This document shows, one piece after another, positions 36,290 to 47,082 of a DNA stretch of 50,157 nucleotides (position 1 is its first letter; each line of letters starts with the position of its first letter). The stretch is from contig JAURIG010000003.1 of NCBI GenBank assembly GCA_030832905.1, positions 1 to 50,157 of the forward strand, in the 5' to 3' direction. The position numbers and the translations under genes were made by a program. Below the pieces are notes generated by a model, which had not been told where the DNA came from, made no database searches, and worked only from the letters and a program-made list of their open reading frames with translations. Source of the DNA: Bacteroidota bacterium (GTDB taxonomy: Bacteria > Bacteroidota > Bacteroidia > NS11-12g > UBA955).

Positions 36290-38932
36290 ATGAACATCAA
36301 AGATTGTTTCAAATTCAGAGACATTAAAATTTATGGCAGCACCGAGTGGTTGGCCAACAATGCCAAGCGTTACCGTTCAGTTTTTGACGAACAAGAAGCC
36401 GCATTCATCTATTGCGAATTCTCCTTTTTCAACAAAAAATACGACGAGGAAAATTGGGATATCAGACTGCATTTAAAATGTTTGAATGAACAGGACGAAG
36501 AAATTTGCGATCTAAACTGTGACAGACCAATAGACAAACGCGACAACATCGTATACATACGCGAAGGCTGGGGCGTTAAAACACCCTCTACCTACTGGAA
36601 AGCCGGCACCTACCGTTGGGAGGCCTATCTAAACGAGGAACTCATTGCCACAAAAAGCTTCTACGTAGAACGCCAAGGCTTGGTAAAGAACGGCATCAAC
36701 CCCTACTTCAAAATCGACACCCTCAAATTGTACGAAGGCCCAGACGCCAACCTACAAGAGATCGATAGAAAATATTATATCGGCTTCAATGCCCTCAGTA
36801 CCCGTTACATTTGGATAGAATTCAATGCCAAAAACCTAACGCGTAAAAGCACTGACTGGGCCTGCGAACTCAGCTTCAACTTCAAAACCGCTTCAGGACA
36901 TTTAAAAGGTGCTGCTACAAAACTCTTCTTCATCAAACCTGACGAAGACCAATTCACAACCAGCGTAGGTTGGGGCAGCGACATGCTAGGCACCTGGGCA
37001 AGAGGTCGCTATTACATTGAAATCATTTTCATGGATGAACTCATTGCCAGCGTACCATTCGAAGTAGGCGACGACTATGTTGATGCCATAGAAGAAGACT
37101 TTATGCCACTAGTTCAATCAGGCTTCTACTTTGATGCAGACATGAGCCTTGAGGAAGATGAATTAGACAACATCGCTGCAGAAACCAAAGACTTCAACCC
37201 ACCAGCCAAAGACTCCATAGACAATGTCATGAAAGACCTTGACGATATGATTGGACTTGGCAGCATCAAAGAAAAGGTAAGAGAATACAGCAATTACTTA
37301 AAATTCATAGCCCTCAGAAAAGAGAAAGGGGTATCAGACAACGAACACATCAACCTACACGCCGTATTCAAAGGCAACCCTGGAACAGGTAAAACCACTG
37401 TAGCCAGAATGCTAGGCCGCATATACAAAGAACTAGGCCTCTTAAAGAAAGGCCATGTACATGAAGTAGACAGAGGCGACTTGGTAGCAGAATTCATAGG
37501 TCAAACCGCGCCTAAAACCAAAGAAGCCATTAAAAAAGCAAAAGACGGCATACTCTTTATTGACGAAGCCTACTCGCTTGCAAGAAAAGACGATGACAGC
37601 AAAGACTTTGGCAAAGAAGCCATCGAGATCCTCTTAAAAGAACTCAGTGACGCGCAAGACATTGCCATCATTGTAGCTGGTTACCCAACAGAAATGAACA
37701 CCTTCTTGGAATCTAATCCAGGTTTAAAATCAAGGTTTAACATGACCTATGACTTCCCAGATTATTTACCACAAGAACTCATTAAAATTGCTGAATATGC
37801 TTGCGACAAACGCGGCGTTAAACTCAGCAAAGACGCCAGCGAAGACTTATACAAACACCTCGTTGACGCCTACAGAGACCGCGACAAATTCTTTGGCAAT
37901 GCGCGTATGGTCAATTCCCTAATCGATGAATTCAAAATGAATTTAGGTTTGAGGGTCATGAAAACCAAAGACCCAAAACAACTCACCGTTGAATCACTCA
38001 GCACCATTGAGAAAGACGATATCGAAAAGGCCTACTTGAAACACAAAGGTGACGTTGCAGACATTCCAATTGATGAAGAACTCCTTAAAGAATCAGTTCA
38101 AAAACTTAAAAAGCTTACTGGTTTAGCCCAAGTAAAAGCAGACATAGACGAACTCATCAAACTGGTAAGGTATTACAAAGAAACAGGTAAAAACCCAAGA
38201 GAAATCTTCTCTTTGCACTCTGTATTTACAGGTAACCCAGGTACAGGTAAAACCACTGTTGCCCGCATATTGGCTCAAATCTACAAAGCCCTTGGCATAT
38301 TAGAAAGAGGCCACTTAGTAGAATGCGACCGTCAATCATTGGTGGGAGGATACATTGGGCAAACCGCCATCAAAACAGCTGAGTTAGTTGACAAAGCAAT
38401 GGGTGGTGTATTGTTCATTGACGAAGCCTACGCCCTCACTGAAGGTGGAGGCAACGACTATGGCAAAGAAGCGGTTGAAACCTTACTCAAACGCATGGAA
38501 GATCAACGCGGCAAATTCATTGTTATAGCAGCAGGTTACACCCAAAACATGGAACGCTTCTTAGAAGCCAACCCTGGTTTAAAATCAAGATTCGACAGAA
38601 CCTTCAAGTTTGAAGACTTCAACCCTGAAGAATTATTAGGCATAGCCATACAACAACTCGCTGACCACAACATCACACCAGACGACGCTGCGAAAAACCA
38701 ACTTAAAGCCTACATAGAATACTTGTACAAGAAACGCGACAAGTACTTTGGCAATGGTAGAGCCGTTAGAAAAGTGATTGAGGAAGCTGTAAGAAATCAA
38801 CACTTGCGCCTCAGCGAAATGGCCAAAAGCAAGCGCAGTGCTAAAACCATTGGCACGCTATTGTTTGAAGACGTAAAAGAATTTACCCCAGACAACATCC
38901 CAACTCAAAAAACAGGCATCGGATTTAAATAA
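36290..38932 (+). CDS. Double AAA+ ATPase of the CbbX/SpoVK/EccA family with a tandem N-terminal beta domain
   Basis: Two copies each of H.VF.GNPGTGKTTVAR, LFIDEAY.L, AGY and NPGLKSRF, and FGNAR/FGNGR. Confidence 0.9.
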   Translation: MNIKDCFKFRDIKIYGSTEWLANNAKRYRSVFDEQEAAFIYCEFSFFNKKYDEENWDIRLHLKCLNEQDEEICDLNCDRPIDKRDNIVYIREGWGVKTPSTYWKAGTYRWEAYLNEELIATKSFYVERQGLVKNGINPYFKIDTLKLYEGPDANLQEIDRKYYIGFNALSTRYIWIEFNAKNLTRKSTDWACELSFNFKTASGHLKGAATKLFFIKPDEDQFTTSVGWGSDMLGTWARGRYYIEIIFMDELIASVPFEVGDDYVDAIEEDFMPLVQSGFYFDADMSLEEDELDNIAAETKDFNPPAKDSIDNVMKDLDDMIGLGSIKEKVREYSNYLKFIALRKEKGVSDNEHINLHAVFKGNPGTGKTTVARMLGRIYKELGLLKKGHVHEVDRGDLVAEFIGQTAPKTKEAIKKAKDGILFIDEAYSLARKDDDSKDFGKEAIEILLKELSDAQDIAIIVAGYPTEMNTFLESNPGLKSRFNMTYDFPDYLPQELIKIAEYACDKRGVKLSKDASEDLYKHLVDAYRDRDKFFGNARMVNSLIDEFKMNLGLRVMKTKDPKQLTVESLSTIEKDDIEKAYLKHKGDVADIPIDEELLKESVQKLKKLTGLAQVKADIDELIKLVRYYKETGKNPREIFSLHSVFTGNPGTGKTTVARILAQIYKALGILERGHLVECDRQSLVGGYIGQTAIKTAELVDKAMGGVLFIDEAYALTEGGGNDYGKEAVETLLKRMEDQRGKFIVIAAGYTQNMERFLEANPGLKSRFDRTFKFEDFNPEELLGIAIQQLADHNITPDDAAKNQLKAYIEYLYKKRDKYFGNGRAVRKVIEEAVRNQHLRLSEMAKSKRSAKTIGTLLFEDVKEFTPDNIPTQKTGIGFK

Positions 38933-38933
38933 T

Positions 38934-40070
38934 ATGTTATTCACCTTCCCCTCTATTGTTTCGCTCATTATACTCTCTGTATTGGCATTGCTCATTGGCA
39001 TTCAAGTTTACTTGCATTTCAGATACTATTGGCGCATCATAAAGCATAAAAACCCTAAGATTGATTCCGAACAATGGCCAAGTGTGAGCATTATTATTTG
39101 CGCCCGAAGTGAATATGAAAACCTGCAAGAATTGGTCCCTCAACTCTTGCAAATGGATTATCCCAATTTTGAAATCATACTCATAGATGACGCCTCTTGG
39201 GACGGTTCAACTGATTACATAGAACAACTTCAAAAAACCGAAAGTAAAATCAAAGGTGTCTTTGTAACTGAAGACATTAAGAAAAACCATTTAGGCAAAA
39301 AACTAGCCTTATCATTGGGCATCAAAGCGGCTAAAAACGAAGTCTTGTTACTAACAGATGCTGATTGCAGACCTCAAAGCCAATCATGGATTAAAGCCAT
39401 GGTATACCATTACACTCAAAACCCAAAAATTGAAGTGGTACTGGGGTATTCTCCCTTTTTCAAGCAAAGCAAATTGGTCAACTTAGTTGCCCGTATGGAA
39501 AACATCTACACCGGCTTAAACTACCTCGGATTTGCGCTCAGACAAAACCCCTATATGGGCGTTGGCAGAAACCTCAGTTATAAAAGAGATTTATTCTTTG
39601 CTCACAAAGGCTTTGCCAGTCATTTGCACATTGCCTCAGGAGACGACGACCTCTTCATTAACCAAGTTAGCACTGCTCAAAACACAGCAGTATGCTTGAA
39701 CCCAGAAGGCTTTGTATACAGCTATTCAAAAAACAGTTTCTCTGAGTGGTTCAAACAAAAGAAAAGACATATTGCAGCTGGTAAATACTACAAAAGCCAG
39801 CACAAACGCGCCTTGGCATTCTATGCCTTCACCCATCATTTTTTGTGGATCAGTTTTGCACTCAGCATGTGCTTTGCCGATGCAAGACCTTATGGTTTAA
39901 TAGCGCTGGGCATTTATTGGCTATTCAAATGGCCTATTATGACCACAGCATTTAAGCGCCTTAAACAAGGTGGCTCAGCCTTTTGGATTCCATTCTTTGA
40001 TATCTTGTATTGGCCATATTGTATTTTCATTGCCTTGATTAGCTATTCAAAAAAACAAAGATCATGGTAG
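38934..40070 (+). CDS. GT2 membrane glycosyltransferase (processive PgaC-like)
   Basis: N-terminal TM, DDAS.D, GKKLAL, TDADC, SGDDDL, QKKRH (QxxRW-like), C-terminal TM helices. Confidence 0.88.
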   Translation: MLFTFPSIVSLIILSVLALLIGIQVYLHFRYYWRIIKHKNPKIDSEQWPSVSIIICARSEYENLQELVPQLLQMDYPNFEIILIDDASWDGSTDYIEQLQKTESKIKGVFVTEDIKKNHLGKKLALSLGIKAAKNEVLLLTDADCRPQSQSWIKAMVYHYTQNPKIEVVLGYSPFFKQSKLVNLVARMENIYTGLNYLGFALRQNPYMGVGRNLSYKRDLFFAHKGFASHLHIASGDDDLFINQVSTAQNTAVCLNPEGFVYSYSKNSFSEWFKQKKRHIAAGKYYKSQHKRALAFYAFTHHFLWISFALSMCFADARPYGLIALGIYWLFKWPIMTTAFKRLKQGGSAFWIPFFDILYWPYCIFIALISYSKKQRSW

Positions 40071-40690
40071 ATTCTAGCATCATACAAACGTATTTTCCTA
40101 ATCTCACTGCCCATCAAATTCAACAGTTTGACCAACTCTATCCCTTGTATGCTGAATGGAATGAAAAAATCAATGTGATCTCCAGAAAAGACATTGATGA
40201 ACTCTATACCAGACATGTTTTGCACGCTTTAGCATTGGCCAAGTGCATTGACTTCAAGCCCATCAAAACCGTTTTAGACATTGGTACAGGGGGCGGATTT
40301 CCGGGTATACCCCTCGCCATATTGTTCCCAGAAATACAATTTCATTTGGTGGATTCTATTGGCAAAAAAATCCAAGTGGTTCAAGCCGTTGCAGAAGCAT
40401 TAGGTTTAAAGAATGTTAAGGCAGAACAAGCCCGAGCAGAGAGCATTACTGGTAAATATGATTTAGTGACTTGCAGAGCGGTTACCCAACTGGTAGACTT
40501 CTATACTTGGATTGTTAAAAACCTAAAACCAGACGCTGAAGTTGCCTGTTTAAAAGGCGGCGACTTAGTGCAAGAAATCATTGATTTCAAAGCCAAATTC
40601 ATCAGAAGAAAGGTCAAGACATTTGAGTTGCATAGCATCTTCCCGCTCCCCTTCTTCGAAACTAAAAAAGTATTGAGAATTACCCATTAA
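40064..40690 (+). CDS. rsmG: 16S rRNA m7G527 methyltransferase
   Basis: WNEKINVISR, RHVLH, DIGTGGGFPGIPLAI, RAE, RAV, LKGGDL. Confidence 0.95.
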   Translation: MVDSSIIQTYFPNLTAHQIQQFDQLYPLYAEWNEKINVISRKDIDELYTRHVLHALALAKCIDFKPIKTVLDIGTGGGFPGIPLAILFPEIQFHLVDSIGKKIQVVQAVAEALGLKNVKAEQARAESITGKYDLVTCRAVTQLVDFYTWIVKNLKPDAEVACLKGGDLVQEIIDFKAKFIRRKVKTFELHSIFPLPFFETKKVLRITH

Positions 40691-42006
40691 TGGGTTTGTT
40701 CCGTTTTGGCAGTAGCCGCTGGAATATGCACTGTATCAGGTGTCCATTTGGCGACGCCTATCATGATCATAAAGCCAATCACGTAGGCTAAGATCACATG
40801 CCAACCATTTTTTACCCAAGCCCCTACCGACTTAGCTTCAGGAAAGATATTTGACAACGCCACACCGGCAGATGACCCAAACCAAATCATACTACCTCCG
40901 AAACCAACAGCAAAGGCTAATACGCCCCAGTCATAGCCCCCTTGCGTTAAGGCCAATTTGGTTAAAGGAATATTATCAAACACTGCAGACACAAAGCCTA
41001 AAGACATTGCTATTGGCCATGAAGCAGCTGGCAATGAGTCCACTGGCATCATACTTGCCGCAATCACCAAACTCAATAAAAACACTGACCCACTAATGGC
41101 ATGTTTTGATTCTGCCCATGGCGTTTTGGTAAAACTGGCCGCTAATAATATGGCTACCCAAACCCCTAAGGCCGGAAAATCAAACAAGAAATTGGTGACA
41201 ATTGTGCCCACTAAAATCAGCAAAACCGCTAACAAACGTTTGTAATCCACTTTTGCATTAGCAGGCGCATCTTTAGTAATGGCTTGGTAGGCGTGTTGTT
41301 GTTTAGCTGCAATGATACCAAAAACAATAATTGCAGGAACAGCCGCTATGAAAGACTTCAATACTTCAGTGGCTGGCACACCGGCAATCCATATCATGGT
41401 AGTAGTAGTATCTCCCACCACAGAGCCAGAGCCACCTGCGTTACTCGCTGCTACTATGGCCGCTAAATACCCAATATGCACTTTGCCTCTGAACACAGTG
41501 GCAGCAACTGTACCACCAATCATGGCAGCAGCAATATTATCTAAGAAAGAAGAAATGATTGCGATTAAAACCAATAACACAAAACCACCAACCCAATTGT
41601 CTGGCAAATATTTAGGCAAAATTTGAGGGATACCACTCTCTTCAAAATGTTTAGCTAAGATGGCAAAGCCCAATAGCAATCCAATCAAATTAAGGATAAC
41701 AGCCCATTCACCTTGACGCATGTCTTTGTGAATGATTTGGTCCATGATGGCATTCGTACCGAAAAAATGTTCACCTATTAAAAATCCTTTTGCAACAAAC
41801 AATTCCCAAATCAAAATGACCCCCAAACCAGCGAGTGCAACCTGCATGGTATGGTTATGGAAAATAGCTACCGCGACTAAAGTCAAGGCAAACAAAATAA
41901 ACTCCATGCGAACAGGACCAATAGAAGGGCCATCTGTATGACCATGTGCCATTGCCATGAACGGCAACACAAAAACCAAAGCCAATAATGCTATTTTCTT
42001 CAACAT
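40687..42006 (-). CDS. NhaD/CitMHS-like ion transporter (IT superfamily)
   Basis: SSFLDNI, ASNAGGSGSVVGDTTTTM, SAVFDNIPL, GFGGSMIWFGSSAGVA, about 12 TM helices. Confidence 0.82.
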   Translation of the reverse strand: MLKKIALLALVFVLPFMAMAHGHTDGPSIGPVRMEFILFALTLVAVAIFHNHTMQVALAGLGVILIWELFVAKGFLIGEHFFGTNAIMDQIIHKDMRQGEWAVILNLIGLLLGFAILAKHFEESGIPQILPKYLPDNWVGGFVLLVLIAIISSFLDNIAAAMIGGTVAATVFRGKVHIGYLAAIVAASNAGGSGSVVGDTTTTMIWIAGVPATEVLKSFIAAVPAIIVFGIIAAKQQHAYQAITKDAPANAKVDYKRLLAVLLILVGTIVTNFLFDFPALGVWVAILLAASFTKTPWAESKHAISGSVFLLSLVIAASMMPVDSLPAASWPIAMSLGFVSAVFDNIPLTKLALTQGGYDWGVLAFAVGFGGSMIWFGSSAGVALSNIFPEAKSVGAWVKNGWHVILAYVIGFMIMIGVAKWTPDTVHIPAATAKTEQTH

Positions 42007-42073
42007 ACTTTTATGAATTTTAAAACGAAATTAAGGCCTCAGCACTTGAATCACCTCATTGCCTTTTCCACAA

Positions 42074-42577
42074 TTACTTGCGTTTGTACAGTGGCACAGT
42101 ACTGCAGGGTTCTCCAAACATTAATGATTGTACCAAAGGCGTTAATTTTTCAGTCAAGTAAACATAAGCACTTACAGGAACTGGAACATGGCTACAACCT
42201 TTTACCACTATTTTTTGATCAGCGTATTGGCTCAAATCTAATGCATCAATTTGTTTGACAAACCAAACATCTTCTAAAACAGACAAGGATCCAAAAACCA
42301 CCAACTTGGCTATCCCGCTCAGTTTATTGGCCATTAACATATAGGCCCAAGTTGGCACTATGGCATCGTTAGAACAACCAATGGCTAGCAATTGACCTTG
42401 GTATTGCGTCCAATCATGGTCTTTTATAAAGGCTCTAAACTCTTTTTCTTTCAACATCAAGCCCATGTACAATTGGTCCTTAATATCAATAAAACAGCGC
42501 TTTTCAGTACCATACAGCTGTTCTAAATCTATTTGAACCAACCCACTTTGATCGACTTTGTTGATGATCTCTTCCAT
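42074..42577 (-). CDS. DUF2480 family protein
   Basis: MEEIINKV..SGL..IDLE, LKEKEFR, CSNDAIVPTWAYML, VKGCS, SLMFGEPCSTVPLYK. Confidence 0.88.
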   Translation of the reverse strand: MEEIINKVDQSGLVQIDLEQLYGTEKRCFIDIKDQLYMGLMLKEKEFRAFIKDHDWTQYQGQLLAIGCSNDAIVPTWAYMLMANKLSGIAKLVVFGSLSVLEDVWFVKQIDALDLSQYADQKIVVKGCSHVPVPVSAYVYLTEKLTPLVQSLMFGEPCSTVPLYKRK

Positions 42578-42659
42578 ACCTTGAGCAAATTTAAACAAAC
42601 CTTTGAAAACGCGTTAATTAATTTTTCTGATGCCATCATAAAGCACTTTTATTTTTCGT

Positions 42660-42667
42660 TACTTTTG
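42660..42667 (+). promoter_or_regulatory. -7 box (TACTTTTG) for the O-acylation operon
   Basis: TAnnTTTG 20 nt before ATG 42688. Confidence 0.55.
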
Positions 42668-42687
42668 CACACATAGCTAAAAAAGCA

Positions 42688-44127
42688 ATGAAACCACAAA
42701 AGGTCCTTCTGTTTTTAATCATTACACTTTGCAGCCTGGGCATTGCCTCTAAACTATTGCCTTTATTGCACATTCAAATCGGTGATACCAAGATAGAAGC
42801 ATTGCCAGATTTCACTGAAAAATTTGATACTAAGATCGACTCTAGTGCATACTTTGCTGAGATAAAAGCTCAGGAAGCCAAAATGAGTTTACAAGAAAAA
42901 AAAGAAGCCATCTTAAAAAAACCACATAAATCAACCCAAGACACCCTCATTTTAATGCAAGTGGAGGCCATGGAAAGTCCGGCTAAATTTTATTTCGCCA
43001 ATGACGACCATTCTGCCATGGATAAATTCTTTGCCGCATTAGAACAAGCTCAAGCAGATAACACCACCTTTAGAATGATACACTACGGTGACTCTCAAAT
43101 TGAAATGGACAGAATCAGTTCCTTCATCAGAGAGCAGTTGCAAAAGCAATACGGTGGCAGCGGTATGGGCTTGTTGCCGGCTTTAGAAGTCACTCCTAAA
43201 TACACGGTGGCCGTTCAATCACAGGGCTCATGGAACCGCAGACTAACCTTTGGCGGCAATGAAAATCGCGCTAAACACAACCGTTATGGACCAATGGCCT
43301 ATTTCTGCAAAAAAGAATCATCAGAGGCCAGTGTGACCATTACCGCTCGCGAGAACACCTCCTTTAAAAACAGACATTTTACACAATGTCGCTTATTAAT
43401 AGGCGCAATAGACCAAGCCCTGACTGTGCAATGTGAATACGTTGGCAAAACCATAAGCAACACAATTAATCCATCGAGCACAGAGCAATTAATCGTCTTC
43501 AAAACTGATAGCGCTCAAGGCAAAATCACTTTGAAGTTCAGCGGTGCCAATGCCGATGTATTGGGCATAGCATTGGATGGTCCTAATGGTGTAAGTGTAG
43601 ACAACATTCCTATGCGTGGTTGCTCAGGCACAGTGTTCAGAAGAATCAATGCAGAAACCTTAAAACGCAGTTATCAATTGCTTGGGGTGAAAGCTTTGAT
43701 TTTACAATTTGGCGGCAATGCTTTACCCGGCATGACCAAACCAAGCAGCGCTGAAGCTTACGGCAAAAAATTCTACGAAGAAATTCGCTACCTAAAATCC
43801 ATAGACCCGAATTTATTTGTATTTGTGATTGGCCCCGCGGATATGAGCATCCGTCAAAATGGGCAATGGGTAACCCATCCTCAACTTGAAAATGTTAGAA
43901 ATGCGCTTAGAAAAGCGACGCTTGATAATGGCGGTGTATTTTGGGACATGTACGAAGCCATGGGTGGCAATGGCAGTATGGTAGAATGGGTGAACAATAA
44001 ACCAGCCTTGGGCTCTCCAGATTACATCCATTTTAGTCAAAGAGGTGCCGATAAAATTGCTCAAATCTTTTATCAATCCTTGTTGAAGGAACAAGACATG
44101 TATCAACTGCGCAAAAAAATCCAATAA
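42688..44127 (+). CDS. Membrane-anchored SGNH/GDSL hydrolase-family protein (O-acetyltransferase/esterase)
   Basis: HYGDSQIE block I, NIPMRGCSG, QFGGN block III, DYIHF block V. Confidence 0.85.
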   Translation: MKPQKVLLFLIITLCSLGIASKLLPLLHIQIGDTKIEALPDFTEKFDTKIDSSAYFAEIKAQEAKMSLQEKKEAILKKPHKSTQDTLILMQVEAMESPAKFYFANDDHSAMDKFFAALEQAQADNTTFRMIHYGDSQIEMDRISSFIREQLQKQYGGSGMGLLPALEVTPKYTVAVQSQGSWNRRLTFGGNENRAKHNRYGPMAYFCKKESSEASVTITARENTSFKNRHFTQCRLLIGAIDQALTVQCEYVGKTISNTINPSSTEQLIVFKTDSAQGKITLKFSGANADVLGIALDGPNGVSVDNIPMRGCSGTVFRRINAETLKRSYQLLGVKALILQFGGNALPGMTKPSSAEAYGKKFYEEIRYLKSIDPNLFVFVIGPADMSIRQNGQWVTHPQLENVRNALRKATLDNGGVFWDMYEAMGGNGSMVEWVNNKPALGSPDYIHFSQRGADKIAQIFYQSLLKEQDMYQLRKKIQ

Positions 44128-44132
44128 GCCGA

Positions 44133-45416
44133 TTGACCTTTAAACCCTTGACATATCTCCTTTTGTTGTTTTGCTATTTTGCGACTCAATCAGCTGCTTA
44201 TGCTCAAGAAGGTGCTGTTGACATTAAGCCCTACCCTTTTGTGAACTACAGTTTAAACCAAGTGGAGTTTTACAAAGACAGCATGGATTTTTATGGCTTT
44301 TATAGAAAGCTCGACGCGTTGATCACTACTGGCAAAGGCAAAATCAATATTGTGCATTTTGGAGGCTCTCACATTCAAGCGGATATTTGGTCTGGTAGAA
44401 TGCGTGAGAACTTCAATCAGTTTATCAATCAAAAACAAGCCGCCAGAGGTTGGGTATACCCGTTCAAAATGGGATTCAGTAAAAACAATAACCCTTATAA
44501 TTACACCTTCACCTACACGGGAAAATGGGATGGTTGCAAGGCCTTAAGCAGTTCATGCACTGGCAATATTGGCATGAATGCCTACAAAACCAGCACAACA
44601 GATAGCAATAGCAAATTTGTAATCACCATGCTCAACAACAACAAAACAGAGTACGCCTTTGACCGCGTTAAAGTGTTTTATGAGCCATCTCAAAACAGTT
44701 ATGAAATCGCTTTGGATTCTCCTTATACAGCCAAGCAAGTCATAGACAACAAAGCTGGCGGTTACAGAGAATTTGTTTTTGAGCAAGCTATGGTGCAAGT
44801 TGGTTTCCGCTGCGTCAAAACCGATTCACTTCAAAATACGTTTACCTTATTTGGACTGTATTGCGACCTAGATGCGCCAGGTATCAATTACAATGCCATT
44901 GGCGCCAATGGGGCCTCTGTTCCCACCTACTTAAAGGTCAATTTAATGGAACAACAATTGGCGGCCATCAAACCAGATTTGATCATATTCTCTGTTGGCA
45001 TTAATGATGCCTTTGATCCTCATTTTTGTCAGAGTTGTTATGAAAACAATTACCGCTCATGGCTTGCTACAGTTAAAAAAGTGGCGCCCAATGCGGCCAT
45101 ATTATTTACCACCAATACGGACAGTTACAAACGCGGACGCAAAGGCAAATATTACCAAAACCCAACAGGGCTAGAAGTCAAATCTGCCATGCGCAATTTA
45201 TCTTATGATTACAACACAGGCGTTTGGGACTTATTTTCTATCATGGGTGGCTTGGGCAGTATTGAATTCTGGATCAGGAATCAAATGGCGGCCAAAGACC
45301 ATGTCCATTTATCAAGCACCGGTTATAAATTAGTAGGCGACTTAATGTTCAACGCCTTTATTCACAAGTACGAAGATTATTTAAAACACCCTATCGCAAA
45401 ACTGAAACATGATTGA
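44133..45416 (+). CDS. Periplasmic SGNH/GDSL protein (Ape/PatB-like)
   Basis: Signal peptide, HFGGSHIQAD, IGANGA, GINDA, KDHVH...GY. Confidence 0.85.
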   Translation: MTFKPLTYLLLLFCYFATQSAAYAQEGAVDIKPYPFVNYSLNQVEFYKDSMDFYGFYRKLDALITTGKGKINIVHFGGSHIQADIWSGRMRENFNQFINQKQAARGWVYPFKMGFSKNNNPYNYTFTYTGKWDGCKALSSSCTGNIGMNAYKTSTTDSNSKFVITMLNNNKTEYAFDRVKVFYEPSQNSYEIALDSPYTAKQVIDNKAGGYREFVFEQAMVQVGFRCVKTDSLQNTFTLFGLYCDLDAPGINYNAIGANGASVPTYLKVNLMEQQLAAIKPDLIIFSVGINDAFDPHFCQSCYENNYRSWLATVKKVAPNAAILFTTNTDSYKRGRKGKYYQNPTGLEVKSAMRNLSYDYNTGVWDLFSIMGGLGSIEFWIRNQMAAKDHVHLSSTGYKLVGDLMFNAFIHKYEDYLKHPIAKLKHD

Positions 45417-47079
45417 TCAACTGAGCCATATGGTCGCTGAGTTTTTTGTGTTCAACGCAAAACACCCCGTTATTTTTACTGAAATTTCTTTCTGGATATT
45501 CTTCACGTTTGTTTACGCCATTTTTACGGTTATTCATAAACAATACACCCTCAGAAATTTGTTTTTGTTTTTGATATCGGTCTTCTTTTACTACAAAACC
45601 AGTGGTTTCTTTTTTGGCCTTTTATTGTTTACCATAGCCAACGAATATTGGGTTGCTATTGTCCTTGAACGCTCTCAAAAAAACCTGAAACGAAAACTCT
45701 TGGTCTTATACAGCATACTCATTAACATTGGGCTATTGTGTTACTTTAAGTACGCTTATTTTTTTACAGATAGTTACAATCAGATTTTCCATACCCAACA
45801 CCAAGTCATTAATCACTTCGCACATTGGAGCAACGGCTTTTTCAATACCCGTTTCAATGTCGACAAGATCTTGTTACCAGTTGGGATTTCCTTTTATACT
45901 TTTCACACACTGAGTTATACCATAGAAGTATACAGACGCAAAATGTCTGCAGTGAACAATTTCTTTGACTTTGGTTTTTATGTGGCCTTTTTTCCTGTCT
46001 TATTAGCCGGCCCTATTGTAAAGGCAAAAGACTTTATTCCCCAATTAAGACAACCCTTTAAACTCAATCAATATCAATTTGGTTTGGCTTGGTTCATGAT
46101 CATTAATGGCTTAATCAAAAAATTAGTCATAGGCGACTACATTGCCATCAATTTCATTGACCGTGTGTTTGGCAATCCGATGTTGTTTTCAGGGGTTGAA
46201 AATGTGTTGGCGGTTATTGGTTACTCTCTTCAAGTTTACCTTGATTTTTCTGGATATACAGACATCGCCATTGGTGTTGCCCTTTTGATGGGTTATAAAA
46301 TTAAAACGAATTTTAATTCCCCTTACAAAGCGCAAAGTGTGGCTGAATTTTGGAAGCGCTGGCACATCTCCTTATCTACTTGGCTTCAAGAATACCTTTA
46401 CATTCCGCTTGGAGGCAACAGACAAGGCACGTTTGCCTCATACTTAATCATTGCTGTTTTAACAGCCTTTATCGCCCTCTTGCTCGACGCTAGCTTCATC
46501 TTATGGATAGTGGGTGCCATTGCCTTAATTTTAGCAATTTTAGCTAAGCTATCTGAAAAAGTCAAACACGCTGTCAACACTAATATCAACCTCATGGTAA
46601 CCATGTTATTAGGCGGATTGTGGCATGGCGCAACTTTGAATTTTATTATTTGGGGCGGGCTGAATGGTCTAGGTTTGGTCATTTATAAATTCTGGAAGAA
46701 AATTAGTCCTTACCAAAGTCTTAAATCTTTACCAGTTAGGTTTTGGAAAATCACCATTACATTTTTATTCATCTCCTTTACTAGAATTTATTTTAGAGCA
46801 GAAGATATGAACCAAGCCAACGAAGTCATTTTTAAAATGTTTGGCGACACCCATTGGGGTATATTGCCAGACATTCTATACAACTTCAGAGAGGTCTTTA
46901 TTTTGATGGGCATTGCCTTTATTGTGCATTGGTTACCTATCGAGATCAAATGGTCCTATAAGAAAGCCTTTATCAAGCTCCCTGCATGGGGTAAAGTGCT
47001 AGTCTTAATTGCCACTTGTATCTGCATCTACCAAACCATGTCAAGTGAAATGAAACCCTTCATTTATTTTCAGTTCTAA
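45409..47079 (+). CDS. MBOAT family O-acyltransferase (AlgI/PatA/DltB-like)
   Basis: LPVGISFYTFH, FFPVLLAGPI, DFSGYTDIAIG, FWKRWHISLSTWL..YLYIPLGGN, GLWHGA. Confidence 0.93.
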   Translation: MIDQLSHMVAEFFVFNAKHPVIFTEISFWIFFTFVYAIFTVIHKQYTLRNLFLFLISVFFYYKTSGFFFGLLLFTIANEYWVAIVLERSQKNLKRKLLVLYSILINIGLLCYFKYAYFFTDSYNQIFHTQHQVINHFAHWSNGFFNTRFNVDKILLPVGISFYTFHTLSYTIEVYRRKMSAVNNFFDFGFYVAFFPVLLAGPIVKAKDFIPQLRQPFKLNQYQFGLAWFMIINGLIKKLVIGDYIAINFIDRVFGNPMLFSGVENVLAVIGYSLQVYLDFSGYTDIAIGVALLMGYKIKTNFNSPYKAQSVAEFWKRWHISLSTWLQEYLYIPLGGNRQGTFASYLIIAVLTAFIALLLDASFILWIVGAIALILAILAKLSEKVKHAVNTNINLMVTMLLGGLWHGATLNFIIWGGLNGLGLVIYKFWKKISPYQSLKSLPVRFWKITITFLFISFTRIYFRAEDMNQANEVIFKMFGDTHWGILPDILYNFREVFILMGIAFIVHWLPIEIKWSYKKAFIKLPAWGKVLVLIATCICIYQTMSSEMKPFIYFQF

Positions 47080-47082
47080 GCC

